A stretch of DNA of 64,000 nt from NCBI GenBank assembly GCA_044221725.1, contig JBGAON010000005.1:269344-333343 (forward strand), read 5' to 3'. The notes under the pieces are model-generated. The model searched no databases and had not been told where the DNA came from. It saw nothing but the letters and a program-made list of their open reading frames with translations. Both the position numbers and the translations under genes were made by a program. The stretch is from Elusimicrobiota bacterium. GTDB lineage: Bacteria > Elusimicrobiota > Elusimicrobia > F11. Positions 30,521 to 38,850 of this stretch are shown one piece after another (position 1 is the stretch's first letter; the number at the start of each line of letters is the position of its first letter).

Positions 30521-31438
30521 CTAAGCTGTAGGCTTTAAGCGCGGCTTACGGCTTACAGCGATTTGTTCGTCGGCATGATAGGAGCTACGTACAAGCGGTC
30601 CCGCGGCAACGTCAACGAAGCCGCATTGTAAAGCTTCTTGTCGCAGTTGGTCAAATTCCTCGGGCGTGTAAAACCGGTCGATGGGTAGATGGCGTGGCGA
30701 CGGTGCCAAATATTGTCCGAGCGTCAGCATTTTGCAGCCGACGGCCACCAAATCGCGAAAAGTTTCGACGAGCTCGGTTGTCGTTTCGCCGTGGCCCACC
30801 ATAACGCCGGATTTCGCTACGAGCCCTGCGTCGTTGGCGCGTTTGAGCACGCTGAGCGTACGATCGTAAGTTGCTTTGCTGCGAACCTTGGGCGTTAAGC
30901 GCCGCACCGTTTCAATATTGTGATTGAAAATATCGGGATGGCTTTCGAAAACCGTTTTTAAACAATCGTCTTTGCCGCGGAAATCTGGTGTTAGGATTTC
31001 AACGGTCACGTGCGGCAATTCTTTGCGAAACAACTTCACAACGGCGGCGAACTGACCGGCGCCGTCGTCTTGCAAATCATCGCGTGCCGGAGAGGTGATC
31101 ACCACGTGTTTGAGTTGCAGTTTGCGCGTTGCGTCCACAATGCGTTGCGGCTCTGCCTCATCAACGAGGCCGAACGGTCTTCCAAAGGTTTCCGCGCAGA
31201 AACCGCACGAGCGCGTGCAAATCCGCCCAAGGATTTGGAACGTGAGCGTTCCGCGGGCGTAACAATGCGTCCGGTTGGGGCATTTCGCCTCTTCACAAAC
31301 GGTGTTCAGTTTAAATTCTCGGATCGAGTCCTGCACCGCAACAAACGCTGGTCCCTGCGGCACCGTCTGCTTCAAATACGACGGTAACCGCGGTCGAAAC
31401 GACCGATTGTCAACTTTGATGGGGATTAAGGCGGGCAT
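30521..31438 (-). CDS. lipA: Lipoyl synthase
   Basis: CEEAKCPNRTHC, CTRSCGFC, NHNIETV, PLVRSSYHA. Confidence 0.96.
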   Translation of the reverse strand: MPALIPIKVDNRSFRPRLPSYLKQTVPQGPAFVAVQDSIREFKLNTVCEEAKCPNRTHCYARGTLTFQILGRICTRSCGFCAETFGRPFGLVDEAEPQRIVDATRKLQLKHVVITSPARDDLQDDGAGQFAAVVKLFRKELPHVTVEILTPDFRGKDDCLKTVFESHPDIFNHNIETVRRLTPKVRSKATYDRTLSVLKRANDAGLVAKSGVMVGHGETTTELVETFRDLVAVGCKMLTLGQYLAPSPRHLPIDRFYTPEEFDQLRQEALQCGFVDVAAGPLVRSSYHADEQIAVSRKPRLKPTA

Positions 31439-31442
31439 GAAT

Positions 31443-32768
31443 TTAACGTTTGGTGGCGTCTTTAATGGTTTCGGCGAGTGTGGGATGCGCGAACATTACA
31501 GTCGAGAGATCTTTTAGCGTCATCTGCGCTTTTAGCGCCACGGAAATAATGTGGATAAGCTCGGTCGCGTGAGCACCGATAATTTGCGCGCCCAAGATTT
31601 TCCCCGAGTCCGGCTCGCTAATAATCTGCACAAATCCTTCGGATTCTTTGGCCGCGAGTGCTTTGGAGGAGCCTTTAAAAAAGGCACGGGTCGCTTTCAC
31701 CGGTTTGTCCGCTTGTTCGAGCTGATAGCGCCATTGTCCAACGCTGGCCACTTCGGGCCAACTGTACAAGCAGCGCGGCACAAACCGATCGTCAAAGCGT
31801 TCATTGCCGCCGAGCGCGTTGGCGGCGGCCACTTCGCCTTGCGCGGCGGCCGCGTGCGCGAGACGGGTTGTTGCGGCATCGCCCGCCGCAAAGATTTTCG
31901 GATTTGTGGTTTGCAGGCGCTCGTTCAACACGAGCGAACCTTTTTCGGTGCGGACGCCCGCGGCCTCGAGGTTCAAGCCTTCAAAGGACGGTGTTCGCCC
32001 GACGCACACCAGCACTTCCTCGGCCACGAGAATCGTTCCACCCGATAGCGCGAGTTGCCAGCCGTCTTTGTTCTTCTCGATCGCTACCACTTTGTTGCCG
32101 GTCAAAACTTTGATGTCGCGTTCCTCGAACGCGCGTTGGAGCGCGGCCGAAATAGCAGGGTCTTCGCCGGGCAACAAGTTTTCTTTAAGTTCGATCAACG
32201 TGACTTCGCTGCGGGCGGCATTCATGAGGCACGCAAATTCGCAGCCCACGGCGCCGCCACCGATAATCGCAATACTCCGCGGCGTTCGATCGATGTTTAA
32301 AACCTTATCGCTGTCCCATAGAAATTCGCGAAATTGATCAAGCGGCGGAGGAAAAAATGATTTCGTGCCGGTCGCGAGGATGGCCTGATCAAAACCAATT
32401 GTTTGAACGCCGTTTTTCGTTTCGACTTCAACGGAGGATGGCCAATTAAAGCGGGCGGTGCCGCGGATCAAATTAATTTTTAGGGATTTGAGCGACGCTT
32501 CCAGCTGCGAGCGAATTCCGGACACCACCTCCGCTTTGTACGGTTGAGCCTTTGCAAAATTAATTGGCAAGTCGCACTTCCAGCGTTTGTGAGCTTCCTC
32601 GAGCAACGTTTTTGATGGAATGCACCCTTTGTTCAGGCACAGGCCGCCCGCTTCTTCTTTCTCGATCAGTGTGATGTCGACCGGTGTGTTTGACGCGGCG
32701 CTCAGGCGTCGCGCGGCTTTTGCGGCCGCTTCGCCCGCCGGTCCGGCCCCAATAATAAGGAGGTTCAT
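31443..32768 (-). CDS. lpdA: Dihydrolipoamide dehydrogenase
   Basis: GAGPAG, GGLCLNKGCIPSK, GGGAVGCE, AHPTLAE. Confidence 0.93.
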   Translation of the reverse strand: MNLLIIGAGPAGEAAAKAARRLSAASNTPVDITLIEKEEAGGLCLNKGCIPSKTLLEEAHKRWKCDLPINFAKAQPYKAEVVSGIRSQLEASLKSLKINLIRGTARFNWPSSVEVETKNGVQTIGFDQAILATGTKSFFPPPLDQFREFLWDSDKVLNIDRTPRSIAIIGGGAVGCEFACLMNAARSEVTLIELKENLLPGEDPAISAALQRAFEERDIKVLTGNKVVAIEKNKDGWQLALSGGTILVAEEVLVCVGRTPSFEGLNLEAAGVRTEKGSLVLNERLQTTNPKIFAAGDAATTRLAHAAAAQGEVAAANALGGNERFDDRFVPRCLYSWPEVASVGQWRYQLEQADKPVKATRAFFKGSSKALAAKESEGFVQIISEPDSGKILGAQIIGAHATELIHIISVALKAQMTLKDLSTVMFAHPTLAETIKDATKR

Positions 32769-32851
32769 AGCGGCGCAGTGTAATAAATAACCTCGCGGAG
32801 CGTCCGTCGTTTCTATTGACGGTGATTTGGGCGGTCTGTTAAGCTCGGGGC

Positions 32852-33127
32852 ATGTCCAATACGGTAAAAATTAACGACGCCGAGAAACCCACGTCACCCA
32901 CCGGCAAAAAGCCATCGCCGCGCGTGGCGTTTGTTAATTTCGATCAATGCACCGGCTGCGAAGCGTGCATTGCGGTCGCGCCGTGGGACAACTGCCTCCT
33001 CCGCCAAAGTGACCTGCCCGAAACGTCCCACGTAAAAACAAACAACGAGGCCTGCACCGGTTGCACGCTTTGCATGAAGATTTGTCCGTGGGATGCCATT
33101 ACGATGGTTCCGCGGCCTTCGGCCTAA
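32852..33127 (+). CDS. 4Fe-4S dicluster-type ferredoxin; integration target of the element
   Basis: CTGCEACIAVAP and CTGCTLCMKICPWDAI; the last 15 codons are duplicated in recoded form at 63537-63581. Confidence 0.9.
   Translation: MSNTVKINDAEKPTSPTGKKPSPRVAFVNFDQCTGCEACIAVAPWDNCLLRQSDLPETSHVKTNNEACTGCTLCMKICPWDAITMVPRPSA
33083..33093 (+). other. attL core TGTCCGTGGGA
   Basis: Identical 11-mer at 63537-63547; both open the same CPWDAIxMxPRP reading frame. Confidence 0.85.
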
Positions 33128-33360
33128 GATTTTTTCGCGTCCTATTTCCCGCCGAATTAGCCTCCACTAAAGTCCGTCCCCAAAAACTCGATTCGCCCGA
33201 CGGAAAACGCCAACGTCGTCGATAAAATGCAACACGTTTGACAGTTCGTTGGTGAGCTTTTCTGCCCAAAACCAACCGATTTTATGGCTTGCCCAACGGG
33301 GTCTGATTCAAATGCCGCATGTGGGCGAATGTGGGTCATTGTTGCTCTTGTGAGACAAGG

Positions 33361-33444
33361 TGTATGGCAGTTTGTATGGCATTGCTCTGGAATCTGCCAT
33401 CAAAAGTGTATGGCAATTCGGATTTGTTGGCAGAGGTGATGGCA
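33361..33444 (+). repeat. Putative integrase arm-type sites (TGTATGGCA direct repeats)
   Basis: TGTATGGCA at 33361, 33373 and 33407; variants TGTTGGCA 33425 and TGATGGCA 33437. Confidence 0.7.
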
Positions 33445-33545
33445 ATCTGAGCCAGGTTGTGATTGCCGAGGTGCGAGTGAGTGTTTCCATCGAATGGCCC
33501 GGACTATATTCGGCGAATGGGTTGTCGTGCTAGAATGCGGTTCTA

Positions 33546-34364
33546 ATGTTGCCCAATCCCCTCTATGCTAAAGAGTCCAGCGAATTCTGGGCTCTCGTCA
33601 GATCTTCTTCTGAGAAGTTCGGCTATTCGAAACGGAAAGATAATCTATTGAAGCGATTTTCAATTGAGGACCTCGATGTTTTTAAAGAGCGTTTTCCCAT
33701 CGATTCCAAACTATGCAAAACGGTTGTAGATTATTTGAACTTTCGAGCTGAAGTGTTGGAGAAAAAGGTGCTCCCCAATCTGATGGATCGGCTTGAAGCT
33801 AAGAAAGAGTTTGAGAAATTATTGGGCAAGTATAAGCCCAAATTTCCTTTGGTGATGAATAAACAGAAGGGAGAGAAGCGTCATTACAATTATCTTTCCT
33901 GCATGGTGAATATTATCGCTGAAAAGCTCTTAGCTGATAAACCCTGCAACTTTAGCCCACGAGGGTTGTGTGTTCTGACCGACAAAGAAGGAAGACCAAT
34001 TAAGGTTTTATCTCGATGGTTGGATGGCGCGTATCCAGACGTCATAAATCCAGTAGCTATTTGGGAGATCAAGGAATATTACGGAACAACCACATTTGGA
34101 AGTCGCGTTGCGGATGGTGTTTATGAAACCCAGTTGGACGGATATGAGATCAATGAGGCTGAAAAAATATCCAACAAACGGATAAAACATTATTTATTCG
34201 TCGATGATCGGCGAACTTGGTGGGACATGGGAAAATCATATCTTTGTCGTATGATCGACATGTTGCACATGGGTTTTGTTGACGAAATAATTTTTGGAAG
34301 GGAAGTGGTTACTCGTTGGCCCGAAATTGTCCGATCTTGGGATTGCGAATCACCAAGTAAGTAA
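33546..34364 (+). CDS. Putative restriction endonuclease (PD-(D/E)xK-like)
   Basis: LDGAYP...AIWEIKEYY motif; converges on and overlaps a DNA methyltransferase gene. Confidence 0.6.
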   Translation: MLPNPLYAKESSEFWALVRSSSEKFGYSKRKDNLLKRFSIEDLDVFKERFPIDSKLCKTVVDYLNFRAEVLEKKVLPNLMDRLEAKKEFEKLLGKYKPKFPLVMNKQKGEKRHYNYLSCMVNIIAEKLLADKPCNFSPRGLCVLTDKEGRPIKVLSRWLDGAYPDVINPVAIWEIKEYYGTTTFGSRVADGVYETQLDGYEINEAEKISNKRIKHYLFVDDRRTWWDMGKSYLCRMIDMLHMGFVDEIIFGREVVTRWPEIVRSWDCESPSK

Positions 34365-35204
34365 CAACCTTTCTTTTACATCTTCGCCGATCATTACCTC
34401 GCCGCCATTCTGAAATCTTTTTAGCATCGAACTGCTTCCTCCAATCAAGATTTCTCGTTCGAATAGGCCCTCTGGAATGCCCAAGTTAATTACTTTCTTC
34501 CCTGATTTTTTGTGCCCGTCAATTGAGAGGGCCACCTTTGCACCGCGATCCTTGCAATCAATAATTGACTCAATAAGATCGGGAAGTTTAAACGATTGAG
34601 CGCCGTAAAGTATTGCCTGTGAATCCACATAAGGAGGGTCGCAGTAAATCAGGTCGCCTGATTTTGCCATGTTCATTGTTTCGGTAAATGGCTGATTAAT
34701 AAAACGTGTGAACTGAACACGTTCTTGCCATTCAAAAGCTCTTTGCGCAAATGATTCCGGGGGAATAGGTTTATGAGGGCCCACCGGAGTGCTGATGGTT
34801 CCTTGTTTTGTGAATCGAATCACGCCCCCGTAACACGTTCTGCTGATAATCAGTAGGTCGCAGGGGTTGGGATTGGCATTGTATCGAGCCAAGGTCTCAC
34901 GATAAATTACTTCCTTGTTTTCCAGTAGTTTCGGAATTACATCAGAATAATAATTGATTAATGTCTCCGGCTCCCTTTGGATGAGTTGCCAGAGGTCAAT
35001 CAATGGCGACAGCGTATCGCCTGCGATTGCTTTATCTGGTGAGAGTGTTGCCAGAATTGCGCCAGTCCCAATAAATGGCTCTATGAATGTTTCGTATGAG
35101 TCTGGGAAATGAGAAACGATTTCGTGCGCGTATTTGTATTTGCTGCCAATCCATTTTAGAAGTTGTCCATTCGGCTTGCTTGGGACGAATACTGCTGGTG
35201 TCAT
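34350..35204 (-). CDS. Dam-like (D12 class) N6-adenine DNA methyltransferase
   Basis: LKWIGSK, FIEPFIGTGAI motif I, IYCDPPY motif IV. Confidence 0.92.
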   Translation of the reverse strand: MTPAVFVPSKPNGQLLKWIGSKYKYAHEIVSHFPDSYETFIEPFIGTGAILATLSPDKAIAGDTLSPLIDLWQLIQREPETLINYYSDVIPKLLENKEVIYRETLARYNANPNPCDLLIISRTCYGGVIRFTKQGTISTPVGPHKPIPPESFAQRAFEWQERVQFTRFINQPFTETMNMAKSGDLIYCDPPYVDSQAILYGAQSFKLPDLIESIIDCKDRGAKVALSIDGHKKSGKKVINLGIPEGLFEREILIGGSSSMLKRFQNGGEVMIGEDVKERLLLTW

Positions 35205-35363
35205 AGGGAATCCTTATTAAAGTCAGAGGAGGGTTTGACCGAGTACGAGGGGTTTGAAGGGAGAACCAGACGATGATGAACACTATCACCGTTGATTGGG
35301 AATGAAATTAACAATATTCGTTGCATGCGTCAATTATAAACGTTCCTTCTGGCAAATTGAAAA

Positions 35364-36392
35364 CTAAACCGGGATTTTGCTGATATTTTTTAGATTCGGT
35401 AGATATGTCACAGCTTCTTTCAGGCTCGACGGCAACAAATGCGCGTAAATCTGTGTCGTGACGACAGTCGAGTGTCCCATCATCCGGCCAATTCGTAAAA
35501 GATCGACCCCCGCCATCGCCAAATGCGACGCAAACGTGTGCCTCAGCGAGTGGAGTGATCCCTTATTGATTCCGGCGCGCTTAAGTATTCGCGAGTAGGA
35601 TTGGGAGAACGCGATCTCTTTGTAGTACCAGGGGATAACGCGGCCCTCTCCGTTTTGTGAGGCAGCGCGCCAAATTTTGAGATGTTCGATCAACGCCGGG
35701 TGCATGGGAATTTCGCGCTCCTCCCGGTCCTTCGGGTGCCACTCTTCGTTCGGCTTGATACGCACAATCCCCGCTTGGAAATCCACGTCTTCCCACTTCA
35801 AGTTAAGCATCTCGCCACGCCGAAGCCCCAGATAGACCCCCAGATTAATGGCCGTTTGCCATAACGGATCCGCCGCCTTGAGAAGCGAATCGATTTCCTC
35901 CAGAGTGTAGAACACGGGGCGCTTTTTTACAGTCGGCATTTTTCGAACGCCCCAAATGTTGGAAGAGGCGTAGCTCCATTCGCCAGCTTTCTTCATGGCG
36001 GACTTGACCGTGACCAATTCGCGGTTGATGGTGGAGGCTTCAATCCCTTGATTCTTTCTGGTGAGCTTGAAGTCTTCCAAGTACTCTGGCGTCAAATCTC
36101 GTAACGTCCTTATAGGCATATATTTTCTGATGTTGGAAAAGACGACCCGAACTCGCACCACAGATGCGGGGGCCATGTTGGCCTCGCAATAGTTCATGTA
36201 TTGAGCTACAAAATCCTCCCAGAGGATTTCTTTTTCCGCTCCGTTCTTTTTGGCGTCGAGCCTTTTCTCGATGTCAGCCATTTCAATCCGCGCCAGGCGG
36301 ATATTGCTTCCCAGTGATTTTTCCTTCACCTTCCCGTCTTCCCGCCAATAGGCGGAATACGAATTTCCTCGTTGCCGTAATGCGACTGCCAT
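35364..36392 (-). CDS. Tyrosine integrase
   Basis: N-terminal arm-binding-like domain, STINREL, GLRRGE, HSLRHTFAS, MGHS, TQIYAH; catalytic R-H-R-H-Y set intact. Confidence 0.96.
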   Translation of the reverse strand: MAVALRQRGNSYSAYWREDGKVKEKSLGSNIRLARIEMADIEKRLDAKKNGAEKEILWEDFVAQYMNYCEANMAPASVVRVRVVFSNIRKYMPIRTLRDLTPEYLEDFKLTRKNQGIEASTINRELVTVKSAMKKAGEWSYASSNIWGVRKMPTVKKRPVFYTLEEIDSLLKAADPLWQTAINLGVYLGLRRGEMLNLKWEDVDFQAGIVRIKPNEEWHPKDREEREIPMHPALIEHLKIWRAASQNGEGRVIPWYYKEIAFSQSYSRILKRAGINKGSLHSLRHTFASHLAMAGVDLLRIGRMMGHSTVVTTQIYAHLLPSSLKEAVTYLPNLKNISKIPV

Positions 36393-36395
36393 AAG

Positions 36396-36599
36396 TCAGA
36401 CCCCCCGTTTTATTATTCGATGCAGACGAACCCACTGCTCCAACGCCTCCATCTCGACGCGAATAATCCGCTCTCCGGATTTTACCGCCCGAATTTTTCG
36501 AAGGCGAATCCATTCCCTCAACGTGTAGGGGGAAACGCGAAGCCATGCGGAGGCTTCTTTAACGGTGAGTAGTTTGTTCGTCTGCCCTGTTGTTTCCAC
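36396..36599 (-). CDS. Excisionase-like HTH protein
   Basis: LLTVKEASAWLRVSPYTLREWIRLRKIRAVK; directly upstream of the integrase. Confidence 0.85.
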   Translation of the reverse strand: METTGQTNKLLTVKEASAWLRVSPYTLREWIRLRKIRAVKSGERIIRVEMEALEQWVRLHRIIKRGV

Positions 36600-36653
36600 T
36601 CAGACCTACCTTCTTCTGATCAAGGCCATCAAGTCAAAGATTTTCAACGGAGG

Positions 36654-38021
36654 CTATGCCAAGTCTTCGACGTAGCTGATTCGCGGAGCAATTCGCATTT
36701 CCTGGACCGCCTGAAGGCTCATATATAGCGCGTCCAGGAGATCGTCGCGGCCGCGGGGAAAATTGACGAGTTCCTCTTCCAAATCCGGCAAGCTCTCCGG
36801 CAACCGAATGGCTCCATTTTCAAAGAGGACAGCGAGGCTTCGGATGCGCCGCTGTTTGTCGCCCGTGGTCGTGATGCCTTTGATGGGCAGGCGGGCGGTC
36901 GCCTCATCGACGCGCAACACCTGAAGCATGGATTGTTGGTAAGCGTTATTCTCTATGCAAACCAAGGTTGGTTTCCAAATGTGGCAGAACCGCTTGATAG
37001 TTGTGACTTGTTCCGGGAATTGAATATGAGCTCGGGTTGCTTCTAAGACGTAGGCATCCTTTTCGCCTTTTGGAATGCCGACAACAACGTATCCAAACCT
37101 TGAATGGGACTCCTTGGATCCGGACGCCAAATCAACGCCGATGTAAATATTCATGTCTTCGGGCCGCACGGTATAACGGCAAGAGCGAAGCCATTCCTGC
37201 TTAAACTCACTTTCCTGTACGGCGACATCGTTCAGCATTTGTAGGGAATAAGAACTGGCTCCCATCATGTTCCTTAACTCTTCCAGCTTTTGTTCCGAGA
37301 ACCGTTCGGGGAAAAGAAAATGTTTCTTGCCCTCTTCGTCTTTCCACTCGGCGCGCTGGACAATCTTTTTCCAATGATTAAATCCAGGCGTGCTGAGTAT
37401 GTGGCCGTAAAGGTCCTGCTGGTGCCATCGTGTGCCCACGATGCAAAGCTGACCGTCAGGCTCAAGCGATGGAAGGATGACACCGGTAAACCAGTCCAGT
37501 AATTTCTCTCGTTGCCCGGGCGCGTAGGATTTGGTGTTGGCCACCACGTCGTCCAGAATGATGAGATCGTTGTGCATGGAAACCAGATTGCCCATCACAC
37601 CGCCACAGGCAATGGATGGTTCCTTCACAACACGGGACCGAGGAATGGTGATGCTGTCTTCCGTCCACTTGGCGGCATTGGCATCCCAAGTGCCGTGGAG
37701 CTTTCGGAAGTTCTCATTCATGGTGATGTGCTGTTTGATCGCGTCCAATAGCTTCCGCGCAATCCCTTGCGTTTCGGCGATTATGAGAACGCGCAGATTG
37801 AGGTTTCTGGCCAGCCGCCAAAGCGGATAGCACGTGGTGACGACGGTCGACTTGAGATGGCCACGTGGAGCCAACAATAGGAGGTATTGGTTCTCCAACA
37901 ACGCTTGGTACCAGTCGATGTGAAGTCGAGTGAGCGCCTTGTAATCCAACACGTCCCGGCTGAACGCGAAAAGATCCTCAAGATGATCCACCGGCAGGTT
38001 TATTTTCTCTGGCTGTTTCAT
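36654..38021 (-). CDS. Phage terminase large subunit
   Basis: APRGHLKST Walker A, LIILDD Walker B, VGTRWH, GVDLA and DDLLDAL nuclease acidic residues. Confidence 0.9.
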   Translation of the reverse strand: MKQPEKINLPVDHLEDLFAFSRDVLDYKALTRLHIDWYQALLENQYLLLLAPRGHLKSTVVTTCYPLWRLARNLNLRVLIIAETQGIARKLLDAIKQHITMNENFRKLHGTWDANAAKWTEDSITIPRSRVVKEPSIACGGVMGNLVSMHNDLIILDDVVANTKSYAPGQREKLLDWFTGVILPSLEPDGQLCIVGTRWHQQDLYGHILSTPGFNHWKKIVQRAEWKDEEGKKHFLFPERFSEQKLEELRNMMGASSYSLQMLNDVAVQESEFKQEWLRSCRYTVRPEDMNIYIGVDLASGSKESHSRFGYVVVGIPKGEKDAYVLEATRAHIQFPEQVTTIKRFCHIWKPTLVCIENNAYQQSMLQVLRVDEATARLPIKGITTTGDKQRRIRSLAVLFENGAIRLPESLPDLEEELVNFPRGRDDLLDALYMSLQAVQEMRIAPRISYVEDLA

Positions 38022-38257
38022 GATTCGGCCCCCTCGATCAATGGTTGTTCAAAGAATCGTTCTAAATGTTGGTCCGCGTTTTCATAGGGAGAAATTCGTG
38101 AGTTAGAACGCTGTGGGAAACGGTTACCCCTTTGTGTTCGAGAGGCGGGCGAGAGGGGAGCATCCCCGCATCGATGGGCAAAATTTACGCTTTTCAAAAT
38201 GCCCTCCTCGAAATTCCTCTTTCCCGACGGAGAAATGTCAATTGAATGTGCATTCAA
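38018..38257 (-). CDS. Small hypothetical protein
   Basis: ATGA overlaps with both neighbours; no recognisable motif. Confidence 0.4.
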   Translation of the reverse strand: MNAHSIDISPSGKRNFEEGILKSVNFAHRCGDAPLSPASRTQRGNRFPQRSNSRISPYENADQHLERFFEQPLIEGAES

Positions 38258-38850
38258 TTGCCTCCAGGCGCACCACGTTGCGCCGTTTCGGTGGTGTTGC
38301 CGATGGATTTTGGGCCGGCGGGATCAGCGGCCGCCTCCCTTTTTTGTGGTTCGAGACCAGAGGCGCCTAGGTTCGTTTCGACGATTTTTTCTTTCAGGGG
38401 GTCGGCGGATTTCACTTCCTTGTGCTGGCGAAGGATCATGAGCGTATCCTCGCTCGCCGACCAGCCTGAAGAAGCAGGAGCGCTTTGGGCCTTGAGGGCT
38501 TGCGCGGCCTGGGACATTTTGTCGGCCAAAACCGCAATGGTGAGCGCCAAATCGCGGATGCCCTGCGGTTTTTCTTTTTTGAGTTCGCCATCAAGCCGAT
38601 GGAAGGTCAATCCAATGCTTGTCCAGCAGTGATCGATGAACGCTTTTGACCGCTTGTCTGTTTTGGATTGGAGGGAGGTCGGCATGCGGGACGTTAGGGA
38701 TTGATCCGCGTGACTCTTCCAATAAGACAGAAGCCCCTTGCTGATGCCCAACTCTTTGGCAACGTCGGTGAGAGGTTTGCCCGCGGCCAATTTCGCCAAT
38801 GCTCCTTTGATTTTTTCCGGGCTGTGACGCTGGGGACTTTTATTTTTCAT
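38254..38850 (-). CDS. HTH protein, terminase small subunit-like
   Basis: GKPLTDVAKELGISKGLLSYWK HTH, helical IRDLALTIAVLADK segment; upstream of terL. Confidence 0.6.
   Translation of the reverse strand: MKNKSPQRHSPEKIKGALAKLAAGKPLTDVAKELGISKGLLSYWKSHADQSLTSRMPTSLQSKTDKRSKAFIDHCWTSIGLTFHRLDGELKKEKPQGIRDLALTIAVLADKMSQAAQALKAQSAPASSGWSASEDTLMILRQHKEVKSADPLKEKIVETNLGASGLEPQKREAAADPAGPKSIGNTTETAQRGAPGGN

Noticed and set aside
233..32337. Numerous long antisense or alternate-frame ORFs (e.g. 233-1174, 8407-9408, 16368-17159)
   Set aside because: Shadows of well-supported genes in GC-rich DNA, with no motifs of their own
32769..32851. Glycine riboswitch upstream of the lpdA-lipA-gcv operon
   Set aside because: The gap is only 83 bp and lacks the GGAGA...CCGAAG...CTCTCAGG motifs
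33310..33450. CRISPR or iteron array
   Set aside because: Repeats are only 9 bp and irregularly spaced, and no cas genes are present; they fit arm-type sites
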